DNA of 64,000 nt from a virus. Taxonomy: Duplodnaviria > Caudoviricetes. The position numbers were made by a program, and so were the translations under genes. Location: IMG/VR virus record IMGVR_UViG_3300027672_001612, positions 1 through 64,000 of that record, one strand, 5' to 3'. The notes beneath the pieces were generated by a model. The model was not told the origin of the DNA. It was given only the letters and a program-made list of their open reading frames with translations, and did no database searches. Shown here piece after piece: positions 37,617 to 45,656 of this stretch. The stretch's first letter is position 1. Each line of letters opens with the position of its first letter.

Positions 37617-37995
37617 TTTAGTATTTGTTTACGGCTCGCTAAAGACAGGCGGAAACATAAGAGGCTTGGACGGAAGACCAGGAGCAGAGATTGTTGGCAG
37701 AGCAACTACAACATATCCTGATTACAACATGCTAGACTTAGGAGCCTTTCCCGGCGTAACAATGAAGGGAGAGTATAAGATCCAAGGCGAAGTATGGAAA
37801 TGCAATGCAGAGGTAATGGAAGATTTAGATGCTATAGAAGGCTATCCAGATTTTTACAACCGTGTTAGAACTGAAACAACACAAGGCAGAGCATGGATGT
37901 ATTACCTAGAAGCAGACGCCTATCAATCAGCAACATACCCAGAAAGCCCTAGTATTGAATTAATAGATGATGTACTACACTGGAAACTATTTTAA
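37609..37995 (+). CDS. Gamma-glutamylcyclotransferase (AIG2-like)
   Basis: VFVYGSLK, IQGEV, LDAIEGYP, AWMY. Confidence 0.9.
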   Translation: MDNLVFVYGSLKTGGNIRGLDGRPGAEIVGRATTTYPDYNMLDLGAFPGVTMKGEYKIQGEVWKCNAEVMEDLDAIEGYPDFYNRVRTETTQGRAWMYYLEADAYQSATYPESPSIELIDDVLHWKLF

Positions 37996-38328
37996 ATGTA
38001 CGGAGTAATTGAAATGAAAGACCTATCGCTAGATAGTTTAATTATGCTAACAGAAGGCTGGCATGAAGACAGGAACTTAATTAACGGTGCAACGGATAAG
38101 GATCAAGTATGTAAATTGATTCAGGAAGTTGGCGAACTATCAGATAACGTATGCAAAGGCAAAGATGTTAAAGATGACATTGGCGACTGTATGGTTGTAC
38201 TGATTAATATCGCAAAACGTAACGGAGTAACTATGCAAGAATGCTTACAAGTTGCTTACGAAGATATCAAACATCGTAGAGGTAGAATGGTCGATGGGAT
38301 TTTTGTTAAAGAGGCAGACGAGGTATAA
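37996..38328 (+). CDS. MazG-like nucleotide pyrophosphohydrolase
   Basis: KLIQEVGEL..KDDIGD..AYEDIKHRRG..GIFVKE. Confidence 0.85.
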   Translation: MYGVIEMKDLSLDSLIMLTEGWHEDRNLINGATDKDQVCKLIQEVGELSDNVCKGKDVKDDIGDCMVVLINIAKRNGVTMQECLQVAYEDIKHRRGRMVDGIFVKEADEV

Positions 38329-38330
38329 TC

Positions 38331-38522
38331 ATGAGAAACATAATTGATGGTTTCTGGAACACTTGGGACAAAACAAGTGAATTACTTTTAGATATTAATG
38401 ACTGGTATAAAGAGAAAGTCGAAGATTGGGCTTGGAAGTATAACTTCAGTACATACAACATGACATGGTTAGGATTTGCTGAAGGAGTACTATTAGTATT
38501 ACTCCTACAGTGGTTATTTTAA
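38331..38522 (+). CDS. Small membrane protein
   Basis: C-terminal TM helix. Confidence 0.65.
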   Translation: MRNIIDGFWNTWDKTSELLLDINDWYKEKVEDWAWKYNFSTYNMTWLGFAEGVLLVLLLQWLF

Positions 38523-38884
38523 TGGAACTTACTCTATTGTTAGGCTTAATGATTAAGCACACAATAGCAGATTACTTTACCCAATACAATTGGATGATTA
38601 AGGATAAGGCAACTTATGGAGCCTTTGGTGGATTAGCCCACGCAGGTTGGCATGGTATATTAACATTTTGTGTGCTACTGTTGATCACACCATTAGCATT
38701 TTGGGTAATGGCTTTATTAGGATTGTTAGATGCAGTTTTACATTATCATATAGATTATGTTAAAAGTAATGTGTGGGTAAATTACGGCTATACACCAGCA
38801 CATCAGATGTATTGGGTTACACATGGCGTTGATCAATTTGCACACTTTTTAACATATATAGGAATTGTATACTTATGCGTATAG
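38522..38884 (+). CDS. DUF3307-like membrane protein
   Basis: H..ADY..Q, H...H, HYHIDYVK, DQFAH. Confidence 0.8.
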   Translation: MELTLLLGLMIKHTIADYFTQYNWMIKDKATYGAFGGLAHAGWHGILTFCVLLLITPLAFWVMALLGLLDAVLHYHIDYVKSNVWVNYGYTPAHQMYWVTHGVDQFAHFLTYIGIVYLCV

Positions 38885-39927
38885 AACAAGATATTAAATT
38901 AGATTTCAATGACGTTTTACTTAGACCTAAACGTAGTACAATGGGCAGTCGTAAAGAAGTAAATCTAAGACGAGAATTTGTATTTAGGAACAGTAAACAA
39001 CGATTTAACGGCATTCCAATCATTGCTAGTAATATGCATGGCGTTGGCACATTTGCAATGGCAGAGGAACTAATTAAGATTCCTATGTTTACTGCATTAT
39101 GTAAAGACTACCAACCTGCAGAGATTTGGGATTGGTTAGGAAGCCATGTACATAAACCAGACCTATCAGACTTAGTAGCAGTTAGCACAGGTATTACTGA
39201 TATAGATGACGAAAGGATTGAAGCAACCCTTAAACTAGTTCGTAGTATTAGATATGTATGTATCGATGTTGCTAACGGATATAGTGAACGCTTCTTAGAC
39301 TATGTTGCTCGTTTTAGAGACAAGCATCCAGAAATTACAATCATTGCAGGCAATGTAGTAACGCCTGATATAACAGAGGAGTTATTATTACGTGGAGCAG
39401 ATATTGTTAAAGTGGGGATTGGTCCTGGTAGTGTTTGCACTACTCGTGTTAAGACAGGTATTGGGTACCCGCAATTATCCGCCGTTATTGAGTGTGCCGA
39501 TGCCGCTCATGGTCTTGGCGGACACATTATTGCTGATGGCGGGTGTAGTAGTCCTGGAGATGTAGTTAAGGCATTTGCCGGCGGAGCAGACTTTGTTATG
39601 CTAGGTGGTATGATGGCTGGCACGGATCAAGGTGGAGGCGAAGTAGTAGATGGGCATGTAGAATTTTACGGTAATAGCACAACAAAAGCACAGGAGGATT
39701 TCGGTGGAGTACAAAATCATAGAACAAGCGAGGGTCGTATCGTACGTTTGCCTTACAAAGGTGACGTCAATAACCCCATTACAGATATACTTGGAGGCTT
39801 GCGTAGTGGTTGCACTTATGTTGGCGCCGGGGAATTAAAACATCTTAGTAAATGTGCAACATTTGTACAAACTAAGAATGGTGCTACACATAACACAGTG
39901 TACAAGCATTTACAAGTAGGCGAATGA
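38875..39927 (+). CDS. guaC: GMP reductase
   Basis: DVLLRPKRS, IDVANGYSE, GIGPGSVCTTR, ADGGC, SEG. Confidence 0.95.
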   Translation: MRIEQDIKLDFNDVLLRPKRSTMGSRKEVNLRREFVFRNSKQRFNGIPIIASNMHGVGTFAMAEELIKIPMFTALCKDYQPAEIWDWLGSHVHKPDLSDLVAVSTGITDIDDERIEATLKLVRSIRYVCIDVANGYSERFLDYVARFRDKHPEITIIAGNVVTPDITEELLLRGADIVKVGIGPGSVCTTRVKTGIGYPQLSAVIECADAAHGLGGHIIADGGCSSPGDVVKAFAGGADFVMLGGMMAGTDQGGGEVVDGHVEFYGNSTTKAQEDFGGVQNHRTSEGRIVRLPYKGDVNNPITDILGGLRSGCTYVGAGELKHLSKCATFVQTKNGATHNTVYKHLQVGE

Positions 39928-39954
39928 ATATTTAATAAATAACCAGGAACAAAA

Positions 39955-40164
39955 ATGAATTATAGTATTACAGTACCAATGGAAAAGGGCGATTCGCTTA
40001 AAGCAATTAAATCTAACTCAGCACTAACTGATATGACTTTAATTATTAACGATGGATGGGCAACGTTTATCGGCTCAGCAAATACCCCAGAAGAGTTTGA
40101 AGCTGATTTAATAGACAGTATAGAAGATTTACCAGCACCAGTTACAGCAGTGGAAGTATGGTAG
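39955..40164 (+). CDS. Hypothetical protein
   Basis: AGGA SD, TAAATA upstream. Confidence 0.6.
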   Translation: MNYSITVPMEKGDSLKAIKSNSALTDMTLIINDGWATFIGSANTPEEFEADLIDSIEDLPAPVTAVEVW

Positions 40165-40165
40165 C

Positions 40166-40387
40166 ATGATTATTCCAGCCTCACACGAAGCAATTCATAT
40201 TATATGGGAATTAGAACATGAGATGCTTAATCCTAGAAACTGTGGTTATACAGGAATGGATATGAAGAAGAGGTTATGGGATATTAAGATGCGAGTTGAC
40301 GAGGCATTACTAAAAGCGCCGCCATACTACGGTGAACCAGAGTATGAAGATATTTACTTGCTGGAAAGGATAAAAGGTAATATATGA
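40166..40387 (+). CDS. Hypothetical protein
   Basis: Tiling ORF. Confidence 0.65.
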   Translation: MIIPASHEAIHIIWELEHEMLNPRNCGYTGMDMKKRLWDIKMRVDEALLKAPPYYGEPEYEDIYLLERIKGNI

Positions 40388-41175
40388 AACTAGGTATAAT
40401 TGGTAAAGGATTTGTAGGATCAGCAGTTAGCAACGGCTTTAATGATGACGTTGAACAGATAATTGTGGATCCAGAATTTACTAACAATATAATTTATGAC
40501 CTTGTGGTATTTGATCCTATTATAACGTTTGTGTGCGTTCCTACGCCTGTTTCTGAGGATGGTAGTTGCGATGTAAGTATTGCTAGAAGTGTGTTACAAG
40601 AGCTCAATGAGCTTCAGTACAAGGGTGTAGTAGTTATTAAGAGTACTATTGTGCCTGATTACTTACATGAGTTTAAAAAGGCGTATGGACTAAGGATAGT
40701 ATATAACCCAGAGTTCCTTACAGAAGCGAATGCAAATCAAGACTTTATTAATCCTAAAATGCAAGTGTTAGGTGGCAGATGGAAAGATTGTGAAGTAGTA
40801 GAAAAAGCATACTTAAGAAACAGTAAAGTTAAAGTAGTACCAACGTTTAAAACAGATTTAACCACAGCAAGTTTACTAAAATACACTATCAATAGTTACC
40901 TTGCTACCAAAGTAATGTTTATGAATGACATATACAAACTACACCAAGCAGGCAGTAGTATGGTAAGTTGGGATCAGTTTACAGACATGCTAACCAGAGA
41001 CCCTCGTATGGGAGATAGTCATATGCAAGTGCCTGGCCCAGATGGAGAGTTTGGATTTGGTGGGCATTGTTTCCCTAAAGATACAGAAGCATTATTAAAA
41101 TATGCACACGACAAAAAGATAAAACTTAGTACACTGAAAAACGCAGTGGAACACAATAAGAAAATAAGAGACTAA
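40384..41175 (+). CDS. UDP-glucose/GDP-mannose dehydrogenase family protein (lacks C-terminal domain)
   Basis: GKGFVG, CVPTP, IKST, YNPEFL, KY..N, GFGGHCFPKD. Confidence 0.88.
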   Translation: MKLGIIGKGFVGSAVSNGFNDDVEQIIVDPEFTNNIIYDLVVFDPIITFVCVPTPVSEDGSCDVSIARSVLQELNELQYKGVVVIKSTIVPDYLHEFKKAYGLRIVYNPEFLTEANANQDFINPKMQVLGGRWKDCEVVEKAYLRNSKVKVVPTFKTDLTTASLLKYTINSYLATKVMFMNDIYKLHQAGSSMVSWDQFTDMLTRDPRMGDSHMQVPGPDGEFGFGGHCFPKDTEALLKYAHDKKIKLSTLKNAVEHNKKIRD

Positions 41176-41176
41176 C

Positions 41177-41530
41177 ATGACATCCAGAAGTAAGATACAC
41201 TTATCGATATTAACATTAACCGTAATACTATTACTAGCATTTTTTACCAGCGATGTAAAGGCAACTCCTTATATTGCATACTTCCATGAACTACCATTTG
41301 AAGGCACTACATCAATGCCAGAGACACACAGTTTACGATTAGGCTACATAGCTAACGGCATGTACATAGAAGCAGGTCCTTTAACTGGCGGACATAGTAT
41401 GGAAATGGGCTACAAGAAGACTAAAGGAAACTGGACTTTTAAGACCAAGTACGAAGGCGAAGAAACTAGGTATAATGACATGTTTAAAAGCAAGATTGAA
41501 ACTGAAGTCATTTACAAGTTCGGAAAATAA
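41177..41530 (+). CDS. Small secreted beta-strand protein (outer-membrane-like)
   Basis: Signal peptide, alternating strands, YKF near the C-terminus. Confidence 0.6.
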   Translation: MTSRSKIHLSILTLTVILLLAFFTSDVKATPYIAYFHELPFEGTTSMPETHSLRLGYIANGMYIEAGPLTGGHSMEMGYKKTKGNWTFKTKYEGEETRYNDMFKSKIETEVIYKFGK

Positions 41531-41552
41531 GCATACATTTAGATAAATACTA

Positions 41553-41618
41553 CTGTCTATACGCAAGACGAAACTAGATACAATGCGTACTAACTGGGTT
41601 TAGACACCCTAGACGGAG
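41553..41618 (+). promoter_or_regulatory. Structured 5' leader that can occlude the SD
   Basis: CTGTCTA/TAGACGG, TACGCA/TGCGTA and GGGT/ACCC stems after TAAATA (41544). Confidence 0.45.
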
Positions 41619-41624
41619 ATAAAA

Positions 41625-42263
41625 ATGTTTAAAAATATGCTAAAAAAGGCAATTCATAAGAGCCAGCATGTTCAACGTAACTGGGACCTTTCCAGATCCA
41701 TACCTCAAGAAGATATGGACATTATTGCAGAAGCAGTAACTGGAGCACCAAGCAAACAGAACATCAAATTCTTTAAGCCTTATTTCATTACAGACAGAAA
41801 GAAAATAGAAGCCATTCATAGAAACACATTAGGATTTATGATCGAAGATGGCAAACAAGGTGGCAAAGCACTAAAAGGAAACAGGTTAACTACTAACCCG
41901 CAAGTTTTAGCACAATTGTTAATCGTGTTTGTTGAAGATTTTGATAAGAAAGACGCATTATCAAAAACAGATTATAATACTGCTAACGAAAAGTGGACTA
42001 TGGATCACGATAGAGATCAAGCATTAGGTGTAGCCGCTGGTTACGTTAACCTAACTTCAGCTCTACTTGGTTACGGTACTGGTTGTTGCAGTTGTTGTGA
42101 TAAGCAGGCTATTCAAAAGATTCTAGGAATAGATGAAAAACCATTATTATTAATGGGAGTTGGTATTGGCGACGGTGATAAGCCGAGACGTGAACACCAC
42201 CTGAATAGTAGCCTCACGTTTCCAACAAAACGCAAAAACATTGAAGTAGAATACGTTAAGTAG
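41625..42263 (+). CDS. Nitroreductase family protein
   Basis: QRNWDLSRSI, APSKQN, GVAAG..LLGYGTGCC. Confidence 0.8.
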   Translation: MFKNMLKKAIHKSQHVQRNWDLSRSIPQEDMDIIAEAVTGAPSKQNIKFFKPYFITDRKKIEAIHRNTLGFMIEDGKQGGKALKGNRLTTNPQVLAQLLIVFVEDFDKKDALSKTDYNTANEKWTMDHDRDQALGVAAGYVNLTSALLGYGTGCCSCCDKQAIQKILGIDEKPLLLMGVGIGDGDKPRREHHLNSSLTFPTKRKNIEVEYVK

Positions 42264-42293
42264 ACTTAATTCAAGTATAAGTGTTGAACGCTT

Positions 42294-42327
42294 AAAAAGC
42301 CAGTTTTTAATAGACTGGCTTTTTTTT
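42294..42327 (+). terminator. Terminator
   Basis: AAGCCAGT..ACTGGCTTTTTTTT. Confidence 0.85.
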
Positions 42328-42330
42328 GAC

Positions 42331-42358
42331 TTGACTTTCTAGATAATTGTGTTATACT
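42331..42358 (+). promoter_or_regulatory. sigma70-type promoter of amtB
   Basis: TTGACT-N16-TATACT. Confidence 0.65.
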
Positions 42359-42390
42359 ATGTATTCCAAAAACTAAAAAGGAGAGAAGAT

Positions 42391-43563
42391 ATGGAATTAG
42401 CATATTCGTTAAACACGTTTTACTTTCTGTTATCCGGCGTACTAGTTATGTGGATGGCGGCAGGATTTACTATGCTCGAAGCAGGTTCTGTGAGAAGTAA
42501 AAATGTAATAGAGATTTTACTAAAAAACGTAGCACTATATAGTGTTGCATCATTAACATTTTTAATCGTAGGCTATAGCATTATGTATGGTTGGGGAGAT
42601 ATATCTACACATTCTGTGTATGCTGATTTCTTTTTCCAAGTTGTATTTGTAGCCACAGCAATGTCTGTTGTATCAGGTGCAGTAGCAGAGCGTAAAAAAC
42701 TGTGGACATTCTTATTGTTCGCGGCAATCTTCACAGCAATCATTTACCCTATACAGGGTTCGTGGTCGTGGGGTGGAGGCTGGTTAAGTGAAAGAGGATT
42801 CTTTGACTTTGCTGGTGCAGGAATAGTACATATGGCAGGTGCCACTGCGGCATTGGCTGGTGTGTTAATACTAGGTCCTCGTAAAGGTAAGTATGCTAAA
42901 GACGGCACACCTAAACCAATACACGGTTCTAATGCGGCTCAGGTTGCTCTAGGAACACTTATCTTATGGATGGGGTGGTTTGGCTTTAATGGCGGTTCAC
43001 AACTTGCAATCTCTGGAATAGAGAATGCTGATGCAGTTGCAAAGATATTTGTTAATACAAATACTGCGGCGGCGGCTGGACTAATTACTGCAATGGCTGT
43101 ATGTAAACTATGGCTAGGTAAAACTGCCTTAAATGCTTCAATGAATGGTGCCTTAGCTGGCTTAGTAGTTATTACTGCTGATCCACTTACACCTTCACCA
43201 ATAATTGCTGTAATATACGGAGCAATTGGCGGACTAATAGTTCCGTTTGCAATGAGTTATATTGAGAAGAAAGGAATAGACGATCCTGTAGGTGCTATTA
43301 GTGTTCACGGTGTTGCTGGTATAGTAGGACTCATGTTAGTTCCTATACTAAATGTTGATGCAAGTTTCTTAGAACAAGCAATCGGCATTGGTGTAATCGG
43401 TGGATTCGTATTTAGTACTTCGTACCTTGTATGGCTCTTACTTGATAAGACCGTAGGTATTAGGGTAGGCGAGCAAGAAGAAGTCGGTGGTTCGGACATG
43501 TGGGAAGCTGGTGAAAAAGCATATCCATACTTTATGAAAGGACACGGCGAAGAAGAAAAATAG
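42391..43563 (+). CDS. amtB: Ammonium transporter
   Basis: SGAVAER, DFAGAGIVH, WFGFNGGS, NGALAG, DDPVGAISVHG; AAGGAG SD before ATG 42391. Confidence 0.96.
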   Translation: MELAYSLNTFYFLLSGVLVMWMAAGFTMLEAGSVRSKNVIEILLKNVALYSVASLTFLIVGYSIMYGWGDISTHSVYADFFFQVVFVATAMSVVSGAVAERKKLWTFLLFAAIFTAIIYPIQGSWSWGGGWLSERGFFDFAGAGIVHMAGATAALAGVLILGPRKGKYAKDGTPKPIHGSNAAQVALGTLILWMGWFGFNGGSQLAISGIENADAVAKIFVNTNTAAAAGLITAMAVCKLWLGKTALNASMNGALAGLVVITADPLTPSPIIAVIYGAIGGLIVPFAMSYIEKKGIDDPVGAISVHGVAGIVGLMLVPILNVDASFLEQAIGIGVIGGFVFSTSYLVWLLLDKTVGIRVGEQEEVGGSDMWEAGEKAYPYFMKGHGEEEK

Positions 43564-43578
43564 TTTTAGTATTTTATT

Positions 43579-43608
43579 AAGCCACTTTTAATCGAGTGGC
43601 TTTTTTTT
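43579..43608 (+). terminator. Terminator (followed by TATAAATA at 43612)
   Basis: AAGCCACT..AGTGGCTTTTTTTT. Confidence 0.85.
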
Positions 43609-43651
43609 GACTATAAATACTACTACACATACACATACACAGGAGAAATAT

Positions 43652-43876
43652 ATGTCAGCAAATAAATCAGGTTTTGAGATTAGAGCGAATCTACTCAATC
43701 AAGCACAAACAATTTTAGAAAATAACTTACAACGAACACAAGATAGAGTTGGATATAATAACTCGCTATCACCATCTCGCAAAGAGCCGTTAGAAGTTAA
43801 AGAAGTTTCACCCCAAGAAGTTATCGAATTAGCACAAAAATTATATGCATTTGTTGAATCAAAAGAGTCTGCATAG
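43652..43876 (+). CDS. Conserved small T4-like phage protein
   Basis: KSGFEIRANLL..A..LYAFV; AGGAG SD. Confidence 0.75.
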   Translation: MSANKSGFEIRANLLNQAQTILENNLQRTQDRVGYNNSLSPSRKEPLEVKEVSPQEVIELAQKLYAFVESKESA

Positions 43877-43878
43877 TA

Positions 43879-44394
43879 ATGTGGGAGAAACTATTTTGGT
43901 GGTTAGCCAAACGTAGAGGTACAGAAACACTAACCAACATATACACAGACAGTGAATATATGCACAGAGTATTCCTAGGACGCCAAATCCATAAGGACGG
44001 AATAGCTGGAGCATATGGTGGTGGAAGAGTCTGTCTAAATTTAATAACAGGTAGCGACTTACCTGTAGAGCATAATCACCCTTGGGGTTACTTTACTCTC
44101 ATACTGTCGGGAGGATACTATGAGGTTAGAGGAGAGGAACGTAAGTGGCGCAGACCTGGATGGTGTGCTATAAGGTCACATAACGATTTCCATAGAGTTG
44201 AAATCCCTGAAGGTAAATTTGCTATAACATTCTTTGTAAAAAGTCGACATGGGAAAATGGGTTCATACTTTATGGACAATGGCAAACCCGTTAAAGATTT
44301 AAAATTCTGGTTACGCAGAGGCATAGCTAGAGAAAAAATTGGAGCAATGATTAAACTTAAGACTCCAGAGGAAATAATAAATGACAACGATTGA
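43879..44394 (+). CDS. Cupin-fold protein
   Basis: HNHPW..TLILSGGYYE..FHRVE. Confidence 0.75.
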   Translation: MWEKLFWWLAKRRGTETLTNIYTDSEYMHRVFLGRQIHKDGIAGAYGGGRVCLNLITGSDLPVEHNHPWGYFTLILSGGYYEVRGEERKWRRPGWCAIRSHNDFHRVEIPEGKFAITFFVKSRHGKMGSYFMDNGKPVKDLKFWLRRGIAREKIGAMIKLKTPEEIINDND

Positions 44395-45325
44395 TAATAT
44401 TCTAGCAATCACACCAGGCGAAGGAGAAATCTCAGATTGGTTTATTGAACGACTAGAGGTTTTAGTAGAGCAAGGACTGTTCCTAGATGCTAACCATGTT
44501 CTAGGCGTTAGAGAATCTATAGTGGATAGTTTAAAAGAATATAGTAACAAACACAATATAAATTCTGTTGTAGTAGGCATGAGCGGAGGCATAGATAGTG
44601 CCTTAACTGCCGCACTATTCAAACAAGCCGGATGGCAAGTACATGGCTTAACTATGCCTATACATCAAATCGAAGATGAAACTAATAGAGCAATAGAGAA
44701 CATCGATGCATTAAGATTAGAACGACACCACATAGACTTATCAGATCAGTTTGATAATATGCAAGAAAAACTAGGTGCATTCGATAGTACATACAGAGGA
44801 CTACAGCGTCAAGGTAATATTAAAGCAAGACTACGAATGATTGCATTGTATAATCTTGCACACGAAGTACAAGGTCTTGTAGCAAGTACAGATAACTTTA
44901 GCGAATTAGCCGCAGGTTTTTGGACACTACATGGTGACGTAGGCGACCTTGCACCTATACAAAGTTTAAGCAAAAGTTGGGAAGTTCCTGCCTTGGCAAT
45001 GGACCTCGGAGTACCCGAAAACACTATACATGCATTGCCTACAGACGGTTTAGGCATAAGTACTAGCGATGCAGACCAATTGGGAATGAACTACTTAGAG
45101 TTTGATGTGTTGTTAACAGACATGCTTAACCTACCAAAAATAGACGATAAGAGCATATACGAATACATAAATACTATAGATGATGAAGATGCCAAAGAAA
45201 AAGCTATGCTTGTTTTTGGTAGAGTTAAGATGACCGCATTTAAACGTGCTAATCCTTTTAATATTTTTCATCCTGTATACAGCGACAGATTCGCTAAACT
45301 AGACAAACTAGATAGGAGTTTATAA
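44381..45325 (+). CDS. nadE: NH3-dependent NAD+ synthetase
   Basis: GMSGGIDS, GNIKARLRM, TDNFSE..GFWTLHGD, PTDGL. Confidence 0.92.
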   Translation: MTTIDNILAITPGEGEISDWFIERLEVLVEQGLFLDANHVLGVRESIVDSLKEYSNKHNINSVVVGMSGGIDSALTAALFKQAGWQVHGLTMPIHQIEDETNRAIENIDALRLERHHIDLSDQFDNMQEKLGAFDSTYRGLQRQGNIKARLRMIALYNLAHEVQGLVASTDNFSELAAGFWTLHGDVGDLAPIQSLSKSWEVPALAMDLGVPENTIHALPTDGLGISTSDADQLGMNYLEFDVLLTDMLNLPKIDDKSIYEYINTIDDEDAKEKAMLVFGRVKMTAFKRANPFNIFHPVYSDRFAKLDKLDRSL

Positions 45326-45326
45326 A

Positions 45327-45626
45327 ATGGGAATATTTAAATGGATCGCTTCATTTTTTACATCACCATCACCAGCCGAAGTTGTTACAACTAAATCTGC
45401 TCCTGCACCAGCCCCAAAGGTTGTTAAGGCAGTAGCACCGGTAAAAGCAGTTAAGAAAACTGTTGCACCGAAGAAAGACGTTAGCGTAACTAAGGCAAGT
45501 TTGAGCAAACTTACTAAAGCACAGATAGAAGCTGAAGGTAAGAAGTTCGGACTCGATGTTGACAGAAGAAAAACTAAAGCAGATATTATTACAGAAGTAT
45601 TAGCCGCATCTAAAAAAGCAAAGTAA
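45327..45626 (+). CDS. Membrane-tethered basic protein with a Rho-N/HeH-like C-terminus
   Basis: Amphipathic N-terminus, Ala/Pro/Lys linker, LSKLTKAQIE..DRRKTKADII. Confidence 0.65.
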   Translation: MGIFKWIASFFTSPSPAEVVTTKSAPAPAPKVVKAVAPVKAVKKTVAPKKDVSVTKASLSKLTKAQIEAEGKKFGLDVDRRKTKADIITEVLAASKKAK

Positions 45627-45656
45627 CATTAGTTAGCTTAACTTAGAAGAGGTTTA

